From positions 32,001 to 96,000 of the forward strand of contig CAVSGG010000010.1 in NCBI GenBank assembly GCA_963727455.1: DNA of 64,000 nucleotides, read 5' to 3'. Position numbers and translations under genes: made by a program. Numbering within the stretch: the stretch's first letter is position 1; every line of letters starts with the position of its first letter. Origin of the DNA: Candidatus Krumholzibacteriota bacterium (lineage in GTDB: Bacteria; Krumholzibacteriota; Krumholzibacteriia; JAJRXK01). Below the pieces are notes generated by a model, which made no database searches, was not told the DNA's origin, and worked only from the letters and a program-made list of their open reading frames with translations. Below, one piece after another: positions 1 to 9,400 of the stretch.

Positions 1-1185
1 CTGGCCATCGAGAGCGATGACTGGGGGATGGAAGCCTGGGTGCCCGACCTAAAGGCCGCGCGCGCGCTGGCGGACCAGGGCTCTGAGCTCGGGCCGAAGC
101 TGAGACTCTACGCATCGTCCTCTCTGGAAACGGCGGCGGACGTCGACTCCTTGGCCGCCCTCCTCGCGCAGTTTCACGACAGCGACGGTCTGCCGCCGGT
201 CCTGCAAGCGAACACCATCATGGCCGCCATCGATTTGGATTCCTGTGGCACCGGCGACTTTCAGCTCGCGGGAAACTCCGTGCTCTTGCGCGCTCCGGGA
301 AGTTGCGGTGCGTATCAGCGCGTGGGTTTGAACGAAGCGGTGGATGCGGCGCGAGCCGAAGGTGTGTGGAGGGCAGAACTGCACGGGCTCACGCACTTCG
401 ATTTGGGTGCCTACGAACAGGCGGTGGCGGAAGCATCCAGCTTGACCCTGCGCGCGCGCGCCGTCGGCGCCGTGGCCTTTCCACACTGGCTGAGTTTGAC
501 CGAGTTGGGCAGCGGCGATCTGAACGAAGCCCGTTCCTTCGCCTCGCTCTCCTGCCGTCGCTTCCAGGAGCGCTTCGGCCGGGCGCCCGTGAGCGTGATC
601 GCTCCCGATTACACTTGGGGCGAGGCGGACGAGACGGCGTGGAAAGAGCAGGGATTGAAAATAGTGCAGGCCAAACGGGAACAGATCGATCCGGCCCTTG
701 GGCCAGCGGACGGCAACAAACTTCTGTGGCGAATTCGCAAAGTTCTCGAGCGCTTTGAGGATCGGCGCAGAGGCCGTTTTGTGTATCTCGAGCGAAATGT
801 CCGCCTCGAACCCTACGGGGACCTTGATCCGAACTGCCTGGCCGGCTACCGGCAAGCCCTAAAGCAAGTTGCACAGGCGTGGAGGAGGGGGCAACCCGCC
901 ATCGTGGAAGCGCATCGGCTCCAGTTCTCCCATCTTCATCCGGAGGTCTCGCGCGCGGGGCGGCTGCAATTGCGGCGCTTTCTCAGCGCTCTTGAATCCC
1001 GGGGCCAAGTCCGCTATTGTGTCGATGTCGAGGTCGCGCAATTGAGACGCCGGGGTTGGTCCATTGTGCGGCGCGGACCCTGGACCATCGTTCGCAACTA
1101 TACGGAACGACCACTCCTTCTCGACCTTCCCCTCACCCGGAGCCAGCCGCTAGCTCCGGGGACCCACATCTTCACCGGCGGCTGA
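1..1185 (+). CDS. Polysaccharide deacetylase-like (NodB/CE4-like fold) protein, 5'-truncated by window edge
   Basis: Frame is open from base 1 (LAIESDDWG...). IESDDWG and ELHGLTH resemble NodB motifs 1 and 2, and APDY resembles motif 3. Confidence 0.55.
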   Translation: MAIESDDWGMEAWVPDLKAARALADQGSELGPKLRLYASSSLETAADVDSLAALLAQFHDSDGLPPVLQANTIMAAIDLDSCGTGDFQLAGNSVLLRAPGSCGAYQRVGLNEAVDAARAEGVWRAELHGLTHFDLGAYEQAVAEASSLTLRARAVGAVAFPHWLSLTELGSGDLNEARSFASLSCRRFQERFGRAPVSVIAPDYTWGEADETAWKEQGLKIVQAKREQIDPALGPADGNKLLWRIRKVLERFEDRRRGRFVYLERNVRLEPYGDLDPNCLAGYRQALKQVAQAWRRGQPAIVEAHRLQFSHLHPEVSRAGRLQLRRFLSALESRGQVRYCVDVEVAQLRRRGWSIVRRGPWTIVRNYTERPLLLDLPLTRSQPLAPGTHIFTGG

Positions 1186-1254
1186 GCGAGGGCATCCGAG
1201 CGATCCACAGCTATTGCTAATCGTTGTTTCATAACAGCTTAGCATCGTAGCCTC

Positions 1255-1284
1255 TTGACCCGCGGCGCGGGCTTGGGGTAGAAT
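1255..1284 (+). promoter_or_regulatory. Putative sigma70 promoter for the C25 protease pair
   Basis: TTGACC-N18-TAGAAT in the intergenic region. Confidence 0.5.
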
Positions 1285-1520
1285 CTGACCACGATCTCGT
1301 TGGGTTCGCAACTCGTGAAGAAGACTCTGGCTCCTCCTCGTTTTCTCCCCTTCAGTCGGATCTCCGACTCGAGTTCGCATGTGTTGTGGACTCAGCGGGA
1401 GAATCTGGTTTCTTCGCGCAATACGGGCCCTTCGAGCCGGGCTCATTCGTTCTGTTCCATGCGACTCTTGCCTCTTCGCTTTCGCCATGCCGCGAAGAGC
1501 TGCATCTCAGGAGGAAGAAC

Positions 1521-4500
1521 ATGAACCCAGTCCACCGGGTTTCATTCCGTCTTTCCGCATTGCTTTTCGTCCTAGCTTGCATCGGCGCATTCAACGAAGC
1601 GTCGGCTGCGGCAATCGATCTGCCCGTCGGATTCGATGCGGCGAAATTGCAACTCGTCGAGTCTCCCGACGGCTTGATCTACTCGTTAGCGGGGATGGAA
1701 AACCTCAAGGCGACCGGAGCCCCCGCTCTGCCCTACGCGAGCTGGAAGGTAGTGCTTCCCCAGGGCAAGACCCTCGTGGAAGTCGAGGTCCAGGACGCGC
1801 GCTGGAAACGCTTGAACCCTGGCGGGCAACTGGCGCGCGCGCGGAAGCTCATGAGCGATCAAGGAAATGCGGTGAGCGTGAGCATGGGGGGGCTGCGCGA
1901 GGATTTCCAAGACGGAGGCACTTTCCCCGCGGCTGCGGCACGGGGTCAGGGTTTTTCCGTCATGGAAGGCTATCGTCTGGCCAAGGTGGACGTGTTTCCG
2001 CTGCGCGTGCTCTCGGATGGAACGGTGGAAATCCTGACGCGCGGACAGCTTCATTTGGTGCTGGCCGATCAGGCCATGGATGACGTGGCCCAACGCCAGA
2101 TAGCGTGGCCCGGCGTGGCCGAGCGCGCGGCGCAACGAGTGCGCAGGCTCGTGGTCAATCCGGAGCAAGTCGATTACTGCGCGCCCCCGGCGGGAATTGC
2201 TCCCGAGCTCTTGAAGTCCTCTTCCAACAAGGCGCCCTCGCCACTCGATGAGGATGAAGTCTTCGCAGGTGGACGCGTGGACTACGTCATCATCACCATT
2301 CCCTCTCTGGTCTCTCAGTTCCAGAGATTGGCGGACGATCACATCGCTCACGGACTTCGCAGCAAGGTCGTCACCACGGATTGGATTCTCGCGAACTACC
2401 GGCATGGAGTGGATCTGCAGGAAACGATTCGTTTTTTCCTCAAAGAGGCGTACGCGAAGTGGGGCCTGCACTACGTACTCTTGGGCGGTGACGCGGGAAT
2501 TCTGCCGCCGCGCTACGTGCGTAGCACTTTCTATCCTCCCGGAGGACACACCGACATTCCCGCCGATCTCTACTTCGGCGCACTCGACGGTAACTGGAAC
2601 GGCAACGGCAACGGCATTTTCGGCGAGGCCTTTCAGTCCTTCGCCGATCCCGGAGACAATCAAGACATGGTCGCCGAAGTGGTGGTGGGACGCGCACCGG
2701 TGAACGACCTGGGCGAAGCCACCACTTTCGTGGACAAGTGCCTCGAGTACGAGACTCCGACCAATGGTTCCTATCTGGGTAAGGCGTTGTTTCTGAGCGA
2801 GGTGCTCTTTCCCTCGGACTGGGATGGCTCTTCTCCCATCAACCTCGATGGAGCGTCCTACAGCGAAGACATCATTTTCAATTCGCTGATCACTCCGGGA
2901 AACCTCATCGACAGCGAGCGCCTGTACGAAAATTACACCGCCTATCCCTATACCCTTCAAGAGACCCAACAGGCCTCGCTCGATTCCATGACGACCGGCC
3001 ACTTCGGGCTGGTGAATCACGTGGGCCACGGGTTCTACTACAACATGAGCGTGGGGAATGCGAACATCTTCGTCAGCGACGCGCTGGCCCTCACGAACGC
3101 ACCCAATTATTTCGTGATGAACGCTCTGAATTGTTCCTCCGGGGCCTTCGATTTCGACTGTCTCCTGGAGACCTACATTCAGGATCCCGATGGGGGCAGC
3201 GTGGCGAGCTTGGGTGCATCACGCGAGGCATTTCCCACCACCGCGAACGCCTACCAGCAGGAGTTCTTCCACCAGATCTTCGTGTTGGGGAACACGAGCT
3301 TGGGTGACGCGATGGATGCGGCCCGGAACGCCAACATACCGGGGCAGTTCAACTCGGAGAGTTTCGAACGCTGGACGCACTTCTGCTACACCTTGCTCGG
3401 CGATCCCGCTCTGCGGATGTGGCGTAAGGCTCCGGTCACTCCCGTGGTGAGCAAGCCCAGTTCGGTTCCTCTTGGCACCCAGCAGATCACGGTGGGCGTG
3501 ACCTCCTCGGGTCTTGCCGTGCCGGCGGCGCGCGTGACCATGCACAAACCGGGTGAAGCCTGGGCGACCGGGGTGACCGATACGCTCACCGGCCAGGTCA
3601 CCCTCGATTTGCAGCCCCTGAGCCAGGGTACGATCGACGTGGTGGTGGATGGAGCGAGCCTCCAGCCTCAGATCCAGACGATCACGGTGGGACCGGCGGC
3701 TCAGGCCAACATCGTGGGCAGTCCGCTGAGTGTGGATGATGGGGTCGCAGGAAACGACTTGGCCGATTCGGGCGAGTCGGTGGATTGGTACTTCCACTTC
3801 GAGAACAACGGGGACGGCAGTTTGGCCAGCGGAGTGAGCGCCGTGTTGCGACCGGTGGACGCGAGCGGCGCCACGGTGACGGACTCGACGATCACGGTGG
3901 GAGACCTTGCCGGGAGCGCGAGTGCCGATCCCAACGATCCGGTCAGCATCGATCTGAGTCCCTCCATCGCGGATGGCACCACCCTCAGTTTCGATCTGGT
4001 AAGTAGTTCCGGAGGGGACACCTGGACGCAGCGAGTCTATCTGAGCGTGATTGCTCCGGAGCCGCAAGTCGTGCGGGTTTTCACCGACGACTCCGTGACT
4101 GGAAACGGTGACGGGATCCAGCAACCCGGTGAGATCCTGGAGATGCATGTCGAGGTGAAGAACTACGGCGCCGGTGCGCTCGTGGGGGCCACTGGCATGC
4201 TGAGTTCCTCCTCTCCCAACGTCTCGATCACGCAGGCGAATGCCAGTTGGGCCGATCTGGGAGTGAAGGCCAGTGGTTACGGCAGTGGCTACTTTCAGGT
4301 GGCCGAGAGCGACACGAGCCTAGAGAACTGGATGTATCTACTCTTAACGGATGCCAAGGGGCATTCCTGGGAACGGTGGCTGGAATTGCGCGAGCCGGAT
4401 CCGCCCACCGGCGTGGTGCCGTTCACCAATCTGGGTCCCACGACCATTGCCTTGCAGTGGGAGCCTTCCACTTCGCCGCACCTCATGGGCTATCGCGTCT

Positions 4501-6341
4501 ACCGCTCGAATTTCCAAGGCGGACCCTTCTCGGAAATCACGCAGGACGTAGTTCTGCGCTCCGGGTTCTTCCGCGACGACGATCTCGCGACGCTCACCCG
4601 CTACTACTACGAAGTTGCTTCGGTTGACTCCTCGGGTGTCGAGGGAGATGTGACATCGGTAGTCTCCGCGAGCACGGCACCGCCGGAGATCGGCAATGCC
4701 TTCCCTCTGCCCACGAACGGAACCGTGGAAGGTGCGTTGGCGGTGGGCGATCTGAAAGCGGATGGCAACCTGTACGCGGTTCTCGGCAGCAATTTCGTCT
4801 ACGCGATCGACTCGAACGCCAATGAGCTTCTGGATGGCGACGGCAACGCGCAGACTCTGGGGCCGGTAAACGGAATCAGTGGAGATTACACCTTCGCGGC
4901 AATCACCCTGGCCGACCTCGATGGCAATCCTGGGCCGGAGATCTTGGCGGGGGACTGGATCGGGCACGATATCTACGTGCTGGATAAGAACGGGAACTCT
5001 CTGCCCGGTTGGCCGCAAGACATGGGCGCACAGAACTGGGCTTCGTTCTCCGTCGGCGACCTGGACGGAGACGGAACTCCGGAAATCGTGACCAACAGCG
5101 TCGGGGGCAAGACCTTCGCCTGGCACGCCGACGGCACCGAAGTCCTGGATGGGGACGCCAACGCTTCCACGAACGGCGTCTTCCAGGTACGCAGCGGCGA
5201 GATCTACAATCGTTCCACCATCAGCCTCTACGACCTCGACAAGGACGGGGGTCGGGAGATGATCTACGGAACCAACTGGCGCAACGGGACCGACAACATG
5301 GTCTACGCGCTGAAGTACGATGGAACCGAGGCTCCAGGCTGGCCCAAGAACTTGGGTCCCAATGGCTACAACTCCTCTACCGTTACCATCGCCGATCTCG
5401 ATCGCGACGGAACGGTGGAGCTCATCTTCCCCTGCGACAACGACACGCTGTACATCTGGGAGCCCGATGGCAGCAACTACATGAGCTTCCCTCACTATCT
5501 GGGCTGCAACAGCGGCGATCTGGACGGGAAGACCCCATCCGTCGCGGTCGGCAATCTCGATGGAGATCCGCAGCTCGAGATGGTGGCGGTACAGGTGTAT
5601 TCGCGTACCAACGTGAATATCTTCGTGTACGAACACGATGGGAGCGTCAAGAGTGGATGGCCCCAGAGTGTCGACGCCTGGTCGCGTTCCTCGCCCATCA
5701 TCGGTGATCTGGATGGCGACGGGACTCCCGACATCGTCTTTGCCTCGGGGGGAGAGGACATTCCGGACAATCTCTACGCCTTCAAGGCGGACGGGAGCAC
5801 GATGGCCGGCTTCCCCATTTCCCTCTCGGGAAGTCCCTGGGGCACTCCGCTCATTTGTGATTTCGATGGCGACGGCGATGCCGATCTTCTGCTCGCGGGG
5901 TATGACAACCTGCTCCACGCGTGGGATCTTCCCGGCGCCTACGATCGGAATCTGGTACCCTGGCCCACCTTCCAGGGCAACTACCGGCGCACGGGAGTTT
6001 ACGAGGATTCTCCCGCGACCGCGGTCGAGCCGCAGGTAGCAAACGTCCCCGCCTCACGACTCGCACTCCATCAGAACGTGCCGAACCCCTTCAATCCCTC
6101 CACCGTCATTCAGTTCGACGTGCCGTCGGCTCTGAACAACGCCTTGGCGCGAGTGACCATCTACGACATCGCAGGTCGCAAGGTGAAAAGCCTTCTCTCG
6201 CAGCCGCTGGCGGCGGGTCACCACGAAGTGCGTTGGGATGGAAGGGATGCGAGCGGGAAGAGTGTGGCTTCTGGAGTCTATTTCACCCGCTTGGAAGTGG
6301 GCTCGGAGGTCCGCGGTTTGAAAATGACCTTGGCAAAATAG
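1521..6341 (+). CDS. Secreted C25-family (gingipain-like) cysteine peptidase with propeptide, Ig/FN3 domains, FG-GAP repeats and C-terminal FlgD-Ig (T9SS-type) domain
   Basis: ATG 1521 follows AGGAGGAAG. Signal peptide; YVLLGGD, ADLYF, GRAPV, NHVGHG (catalytic His), LNCSSG (catalytic Cys), YTLLGDP; many (G/A)DLDGDGxxE/DI repeats; tail QNVPNPFNP...WDGRD...SGVYF. Confidence 0.85.
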   Translation: MNPVHRVSFRLSALLFVLACIGAFNEASAAAIDLPVGFDAAKLQLVESPDGLIYSLAGMENLKATGAPALPYASWKVVLPQGKTLVEVEVQDARWKRLNPGGQLARARKLMSDQGNAVSVSMGGLREDFQDGGTFPAAAARGQGFSVMEGYRLAKVDVFPLRVLSDGTVEILTRGQLHLVLADQAMDDVAQRQIAWPGVAERAAQRVRRLVVNPEQVDYCAPPAGIAPELLKSSSNKAPSPLDEDEVFAGGRVDYVIITIPSLVSQFQRLADDHIAHGLRSKVVTTDWILANYRHGVDLQETIRFFLKEAYAKWGLHYVLLGGDAGILPPRYVRSTFYPPGGHTDIPADLYFGALDGNWNGNGNGIFGEAFQSFADPGDNQDMVAEVVVGRAPVNDLGEATTFVDKCLEYETPTNGSYLGKALFLSEVLFPSDWDGSSPINLDGASYSEDIIFNSLITPGNLIDSERLYENYTAYPYTLQETQQASLDSMTTGHFGLVNHVGHGFYYNMSVGNANIFVSDALALTNAPNYFVMNALNCSSGAFDFDCLLETYIQDPDGGSVASLGASREAFPTTANAYQQEFFHQIFVLGNTSLGDAMDAARNANIPGQFNSESFERWTHFCYTLLGDPALRMWRKAPVTPVVSKPSSVPLGTQQITVGVTSSGLAVPAARVTMHKPGEAWATGVTDTLTGQVTLDLQPLSQGTIDVVVDGASLQPQIQTITVGPAAQANIVGSPLSVDDGVAGNDLADSGESVDWYFHFENNGDGSLASGVSAVLRPVDASGATVTDSTITVGDLAGSASADPNDPVSIDLSPSIADGTTLSFDLVSSSGGDTWTQRVYLSVIAPEPQVVRVFTDDSVTGNGDGIQQPGEILEMHVEVKNYGAGALVGATGMLSSSSPNVSITQANASWADLGVKASGYGSGYFQVAESDTSLENWMYLLLTDAKGHSWERWLELREPDPPTGVVPFTNLGPTTIALQWEPSTSPHLMGYRVYRSNFQGGPFSEITQDVVLRSGFFRDDDLATLTRYYYEVASVDSSGVEGDVTSVVSASTAPPEIGNAFPLPTNGTVEGALAVGDLKADGNLYAVLGSNFVYAIDSNANELLDGDGNAQTLGPVNGISGDYTFAAITLADLDGNPGPEILAGDWIGHDIYVLDKNGNSLPGWPQDMGAQNWASFSVGDLDGDGTPEIVTNSVGGKTFAWHADGTEVLDGDANASTNGVFQVRSGEIYNRSTISLYDLDKDGGREMIYGTNWRNGTDNMVYALKYDGTEAPGWPKNLGPNGYNSSTVTIADLDRDGTVELIFPCDNDTLYIWEPDGSNYMSFPHYLGCNSGDLDGKTPSVAVGNLDGDPQLEMVAVQVYSRTNVNIFVYEHDGSVKSGWPQSVDAWSRSSPIIGDLDGDGTPDIVFASGGEDIPDNLYAFKADGSTMAGFPISLSGSPWGTPLICDFDGDGDADLLLAGYDNLLHAWDLPGAYDRNLVPWPTFQGNYRRTGVYEDSPATAVEPQVANVPASRLALHQNVPNPFNPSTVIQFDVPSALNNALARVTIYDIAGRKVKSLLSQPLAAGHHEVRWDGRDASGKSVASGVYFTRLEVGSEVRGLKMTLAK

Positions 6342-6423
6342 CCAAGTTGGTCGAATCGTGGGGGGATGCGGGGGCCCGTCCCGCGCGCAGCGGGACAGGC
6401 CCCACCCACGTTCGAGGTCCTGC

Positions 6424-9400
6424 ATGCGCTCGTTCTTGCTATCCTTGCTTCTTCTGACCCTGGTCGGGGTGGAAGCCGCTCCTGCCCAAGAGACGCTCAG
6501 CCTGCCTCTGAAACCCCTGTTGCGCGATGTCCGGCTGCAGGGACTACCGGCTCTTGAATCCATTCTGCTTCACGGTGCGCGCCCCGCGCGCCAGGAGGAC
6601 GGGGGAGGGCTCCCGAGTCTCAGCTACTGTCTGATCATTCCCGCCTCGAGCCGGGTGCGCTCCGTCTCGCTCGAGGGAGGAAGCGAGCGCTTCGTTGCCT
6701 CTGCAGAGGCGCTTCGCTCCAGCAGCATCCTTTCTACCCCACTGACGAGCAGGGAAGGCAATGTCCCCGCGGTGGAGTATGTCGGGGACGCATGGTGGCA
6801 TGGACGCCATTTGATCTATCTGCGCGTGAGACCTCTGCGAGTGGAGCAGGAGAGCGGGGATCTCTACCTGCGCGAGGGAGGAAAGATCCTCGTCGAGTTG
6901 CAGGGTGCCGAGCCGAAGGAAGAGGTCGTCGGGCGCGTTCTTCCCAACGAGGGCGTTCAGCGGAGAGATCGCGCAGAGCTGTTGCGAACGATCGCCAATC
7001 CGCAGGATTTGGATCGTTTCACGACGCTGCGGCCGCTCACAAAGGCCTCGTCCGCGAAGACGGCTGCGCTTCCGGCGAGCGATAAGATCCCCAGCCTCCT
7101 CACCGGACCTTACCGTTATCTGGTGATCACACGCGATAGCCTCGTGCCGCAATTCGAGCGTCTCGCGGAACTCCGAGAGCGACAGGGACTCCCCTCGACC
7201 GTGGTGAGCGTGGAAGAGATCGAAGCCAACGGACGGCGGGGGCTGGATCTGGCCGAGACCATCCGACTCTATTTGCAGGATGCCTACGAGAAGTGGGGGG
7301 TCGACTACGTTTTGCTCGGTGGCGATACCGAGATCATTCCCACCCGCTACGTGACCTCGACCTACTACCCATCCGGGGGCGAAACCCAAATCCCTGCCGA
7401 TTTCTACTTTGCTGGTCTCGACGGGTCCTGGAACGCAGACGGGGATGCGACCTTCGGCGAACCCTACGTGACCGGTGCGAATCCGGGGGACTATTGTGAC
7501 TTCGTGCCGGAGCTTGCGATCGGAAGGGCGCCGGTCAGCACGTTCGAGGAAGCTACGGTCTTCGTCGACAAAGTGCTGGACTACGAGAGCGGAGCGGACG
7601 GTGAACGCTTCGCCCACGCACTCTTCGGTAGTGAAGTGCTCTTTCCACCGGCTTGGCAGCCTGGCGATCCCATCACACGCGATGGGGCATCCTTCAGCGA
7701 AACCCTGGTTGCCAGCATCGAGCTGGCGCGTCCCGGCGAGTGGACCCTCACTCGCCGCTACCAGAACTACACGAGTTATCCCGGAGCGCTGGAGGAAACC
7801 TACGCCGCGATCCTGTCCGATCTAAACTCGGGAAACTATGGGCTGTTTCATCACATCGGCCACGGCTTTTACTACAACATGAGCGTGGGAGACAAGAACA
7901 TCCTGGTGAGCGACGCCGATGCGCTGACCAACGGATCCTCCACCTTCGTGCTCATGGCTCTCAATTGCGACTCGGCCGCATTCGACTTCAACTGTCTCTT
8001 GGAACGCTTCCTGCGCAATCCCAACGGAGGTTCGGTGGCCTCCATCGGTTCCTCTCGCGCCGCCTTCGACAACACGACCGGTAGTTACCAGCAAGCGTTG
8101 TACAAGGCGCTTTTCGCGGCGCGCCGGCAGCGCCTGGGCGATGCAATTCTCGAAAGTCGTTTGGGTTTTGCGGTGGACACCTTCTACAACACGGTCGACC
8201 GTTGGACCCAGCTCGTGTACACCCTGCTCGGCGATCCGGCCATGCGCATGTGGACGGCCGTTCCCAAGCCCATCACGGTGAGTGCGCCCGCCATGGTGAC
8301 GGTCGGTAGTGGTCCTTTGGCGGTCACGGTGGACGAGACTCAGGGCGGCGGCGTGGATTCCGTCGCGGTGGTCCTGCGCAAACCGGGCGAGGATCTCATA
8401 GCGGGTTGGACCGACGCGAACGGAGAAGTGAGTCTTCCTTTCGCGCCCAAGGAAGCGGGGAGCTGGACCTTGTGGGTGAGTGGGCGCGATGTCATGCCGG
8501 ACAGCATGACGGTGCAGGTCACGGCAGCCACGCAAGCGGCGCTGGCCCTGTCGGGATTCACCCTTGACGATTCCCAGGGCAACGGCAACGGGATCGCCGA
8601 GGCCGGCGAGCTCGTCAGCATTCTGCCCGCTCTGATCAACGGAGGACAATCGGTCTCCAGCGCAGGGACCCTCACTCTGAGCACAGAAGACGAAGGCGTC
8701 ACTCTCCTGCAGGACGTGGCGGGCTTTTCTCCGCTGGCCGCCGAGAGCCCCGGGGCGGCAAACGGACCGTTTTCGCTTCAACTCGCCGCGGATCTCGCGG
8801 ACGCCAGCCGCTTGCACTTCCTGCTCTCGATCGACGAGGACGGCGGGGGCCACTTCGAGGATTCCTTCGATCTGACCGTCTCGGGAGGGAATCTCCAGAT
8901 CATCTCGCTCGATTTGGATGACGCGAGTGGCAACCAGGATGGAATCCTCGATCCCGGCGAGCAGGTCTTTTTGAATTTCACCCTGAAGAACTTCGGAAGC
9001 GCGAGAGTCGACTCGGTGAATGGCGTACTGCGCTCGCTGGATCCGCTGGCGACGGTCATCGATTCCACCGCGCACTGGGGCCTCTTGGACGGAGCTCTCA
9101 GCACGCAGGACAACGGACAGGATCTTCTCGCGGTGCAAGAGAGCGATACCGCGAATCCACACCTCTATCGCCTGCTCCTGACCGACAGCGCGGGAGCTAC
9201 GCACTCCTTCGACTTCGATTTGCGCCGCCCCGCGGCGCTCACGGGTCTCGAGCCCGGTCTCGCCCAGGCTGGCTCGGTGCTCTTGCGTTGGGATCCTTCG
9301 AGCGCGGCGGATCTCTTGGGCTATCAGGTGGAGCGACGCGTGAAGGGGCAGAGTACCTGGATTTTCGCCAATGCCGATCTCTTGCAAGCCGGCTCGGTGT

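Noticed and set aside
4740-5900. Recurring GACCTCGACGGCGACGG-like sequences as a CRISPR or DNA repeat array
   Set aside because: They are degenerate, irregularly spaced and in frame. They encode FG-GAP DxDGDG protein repeats.
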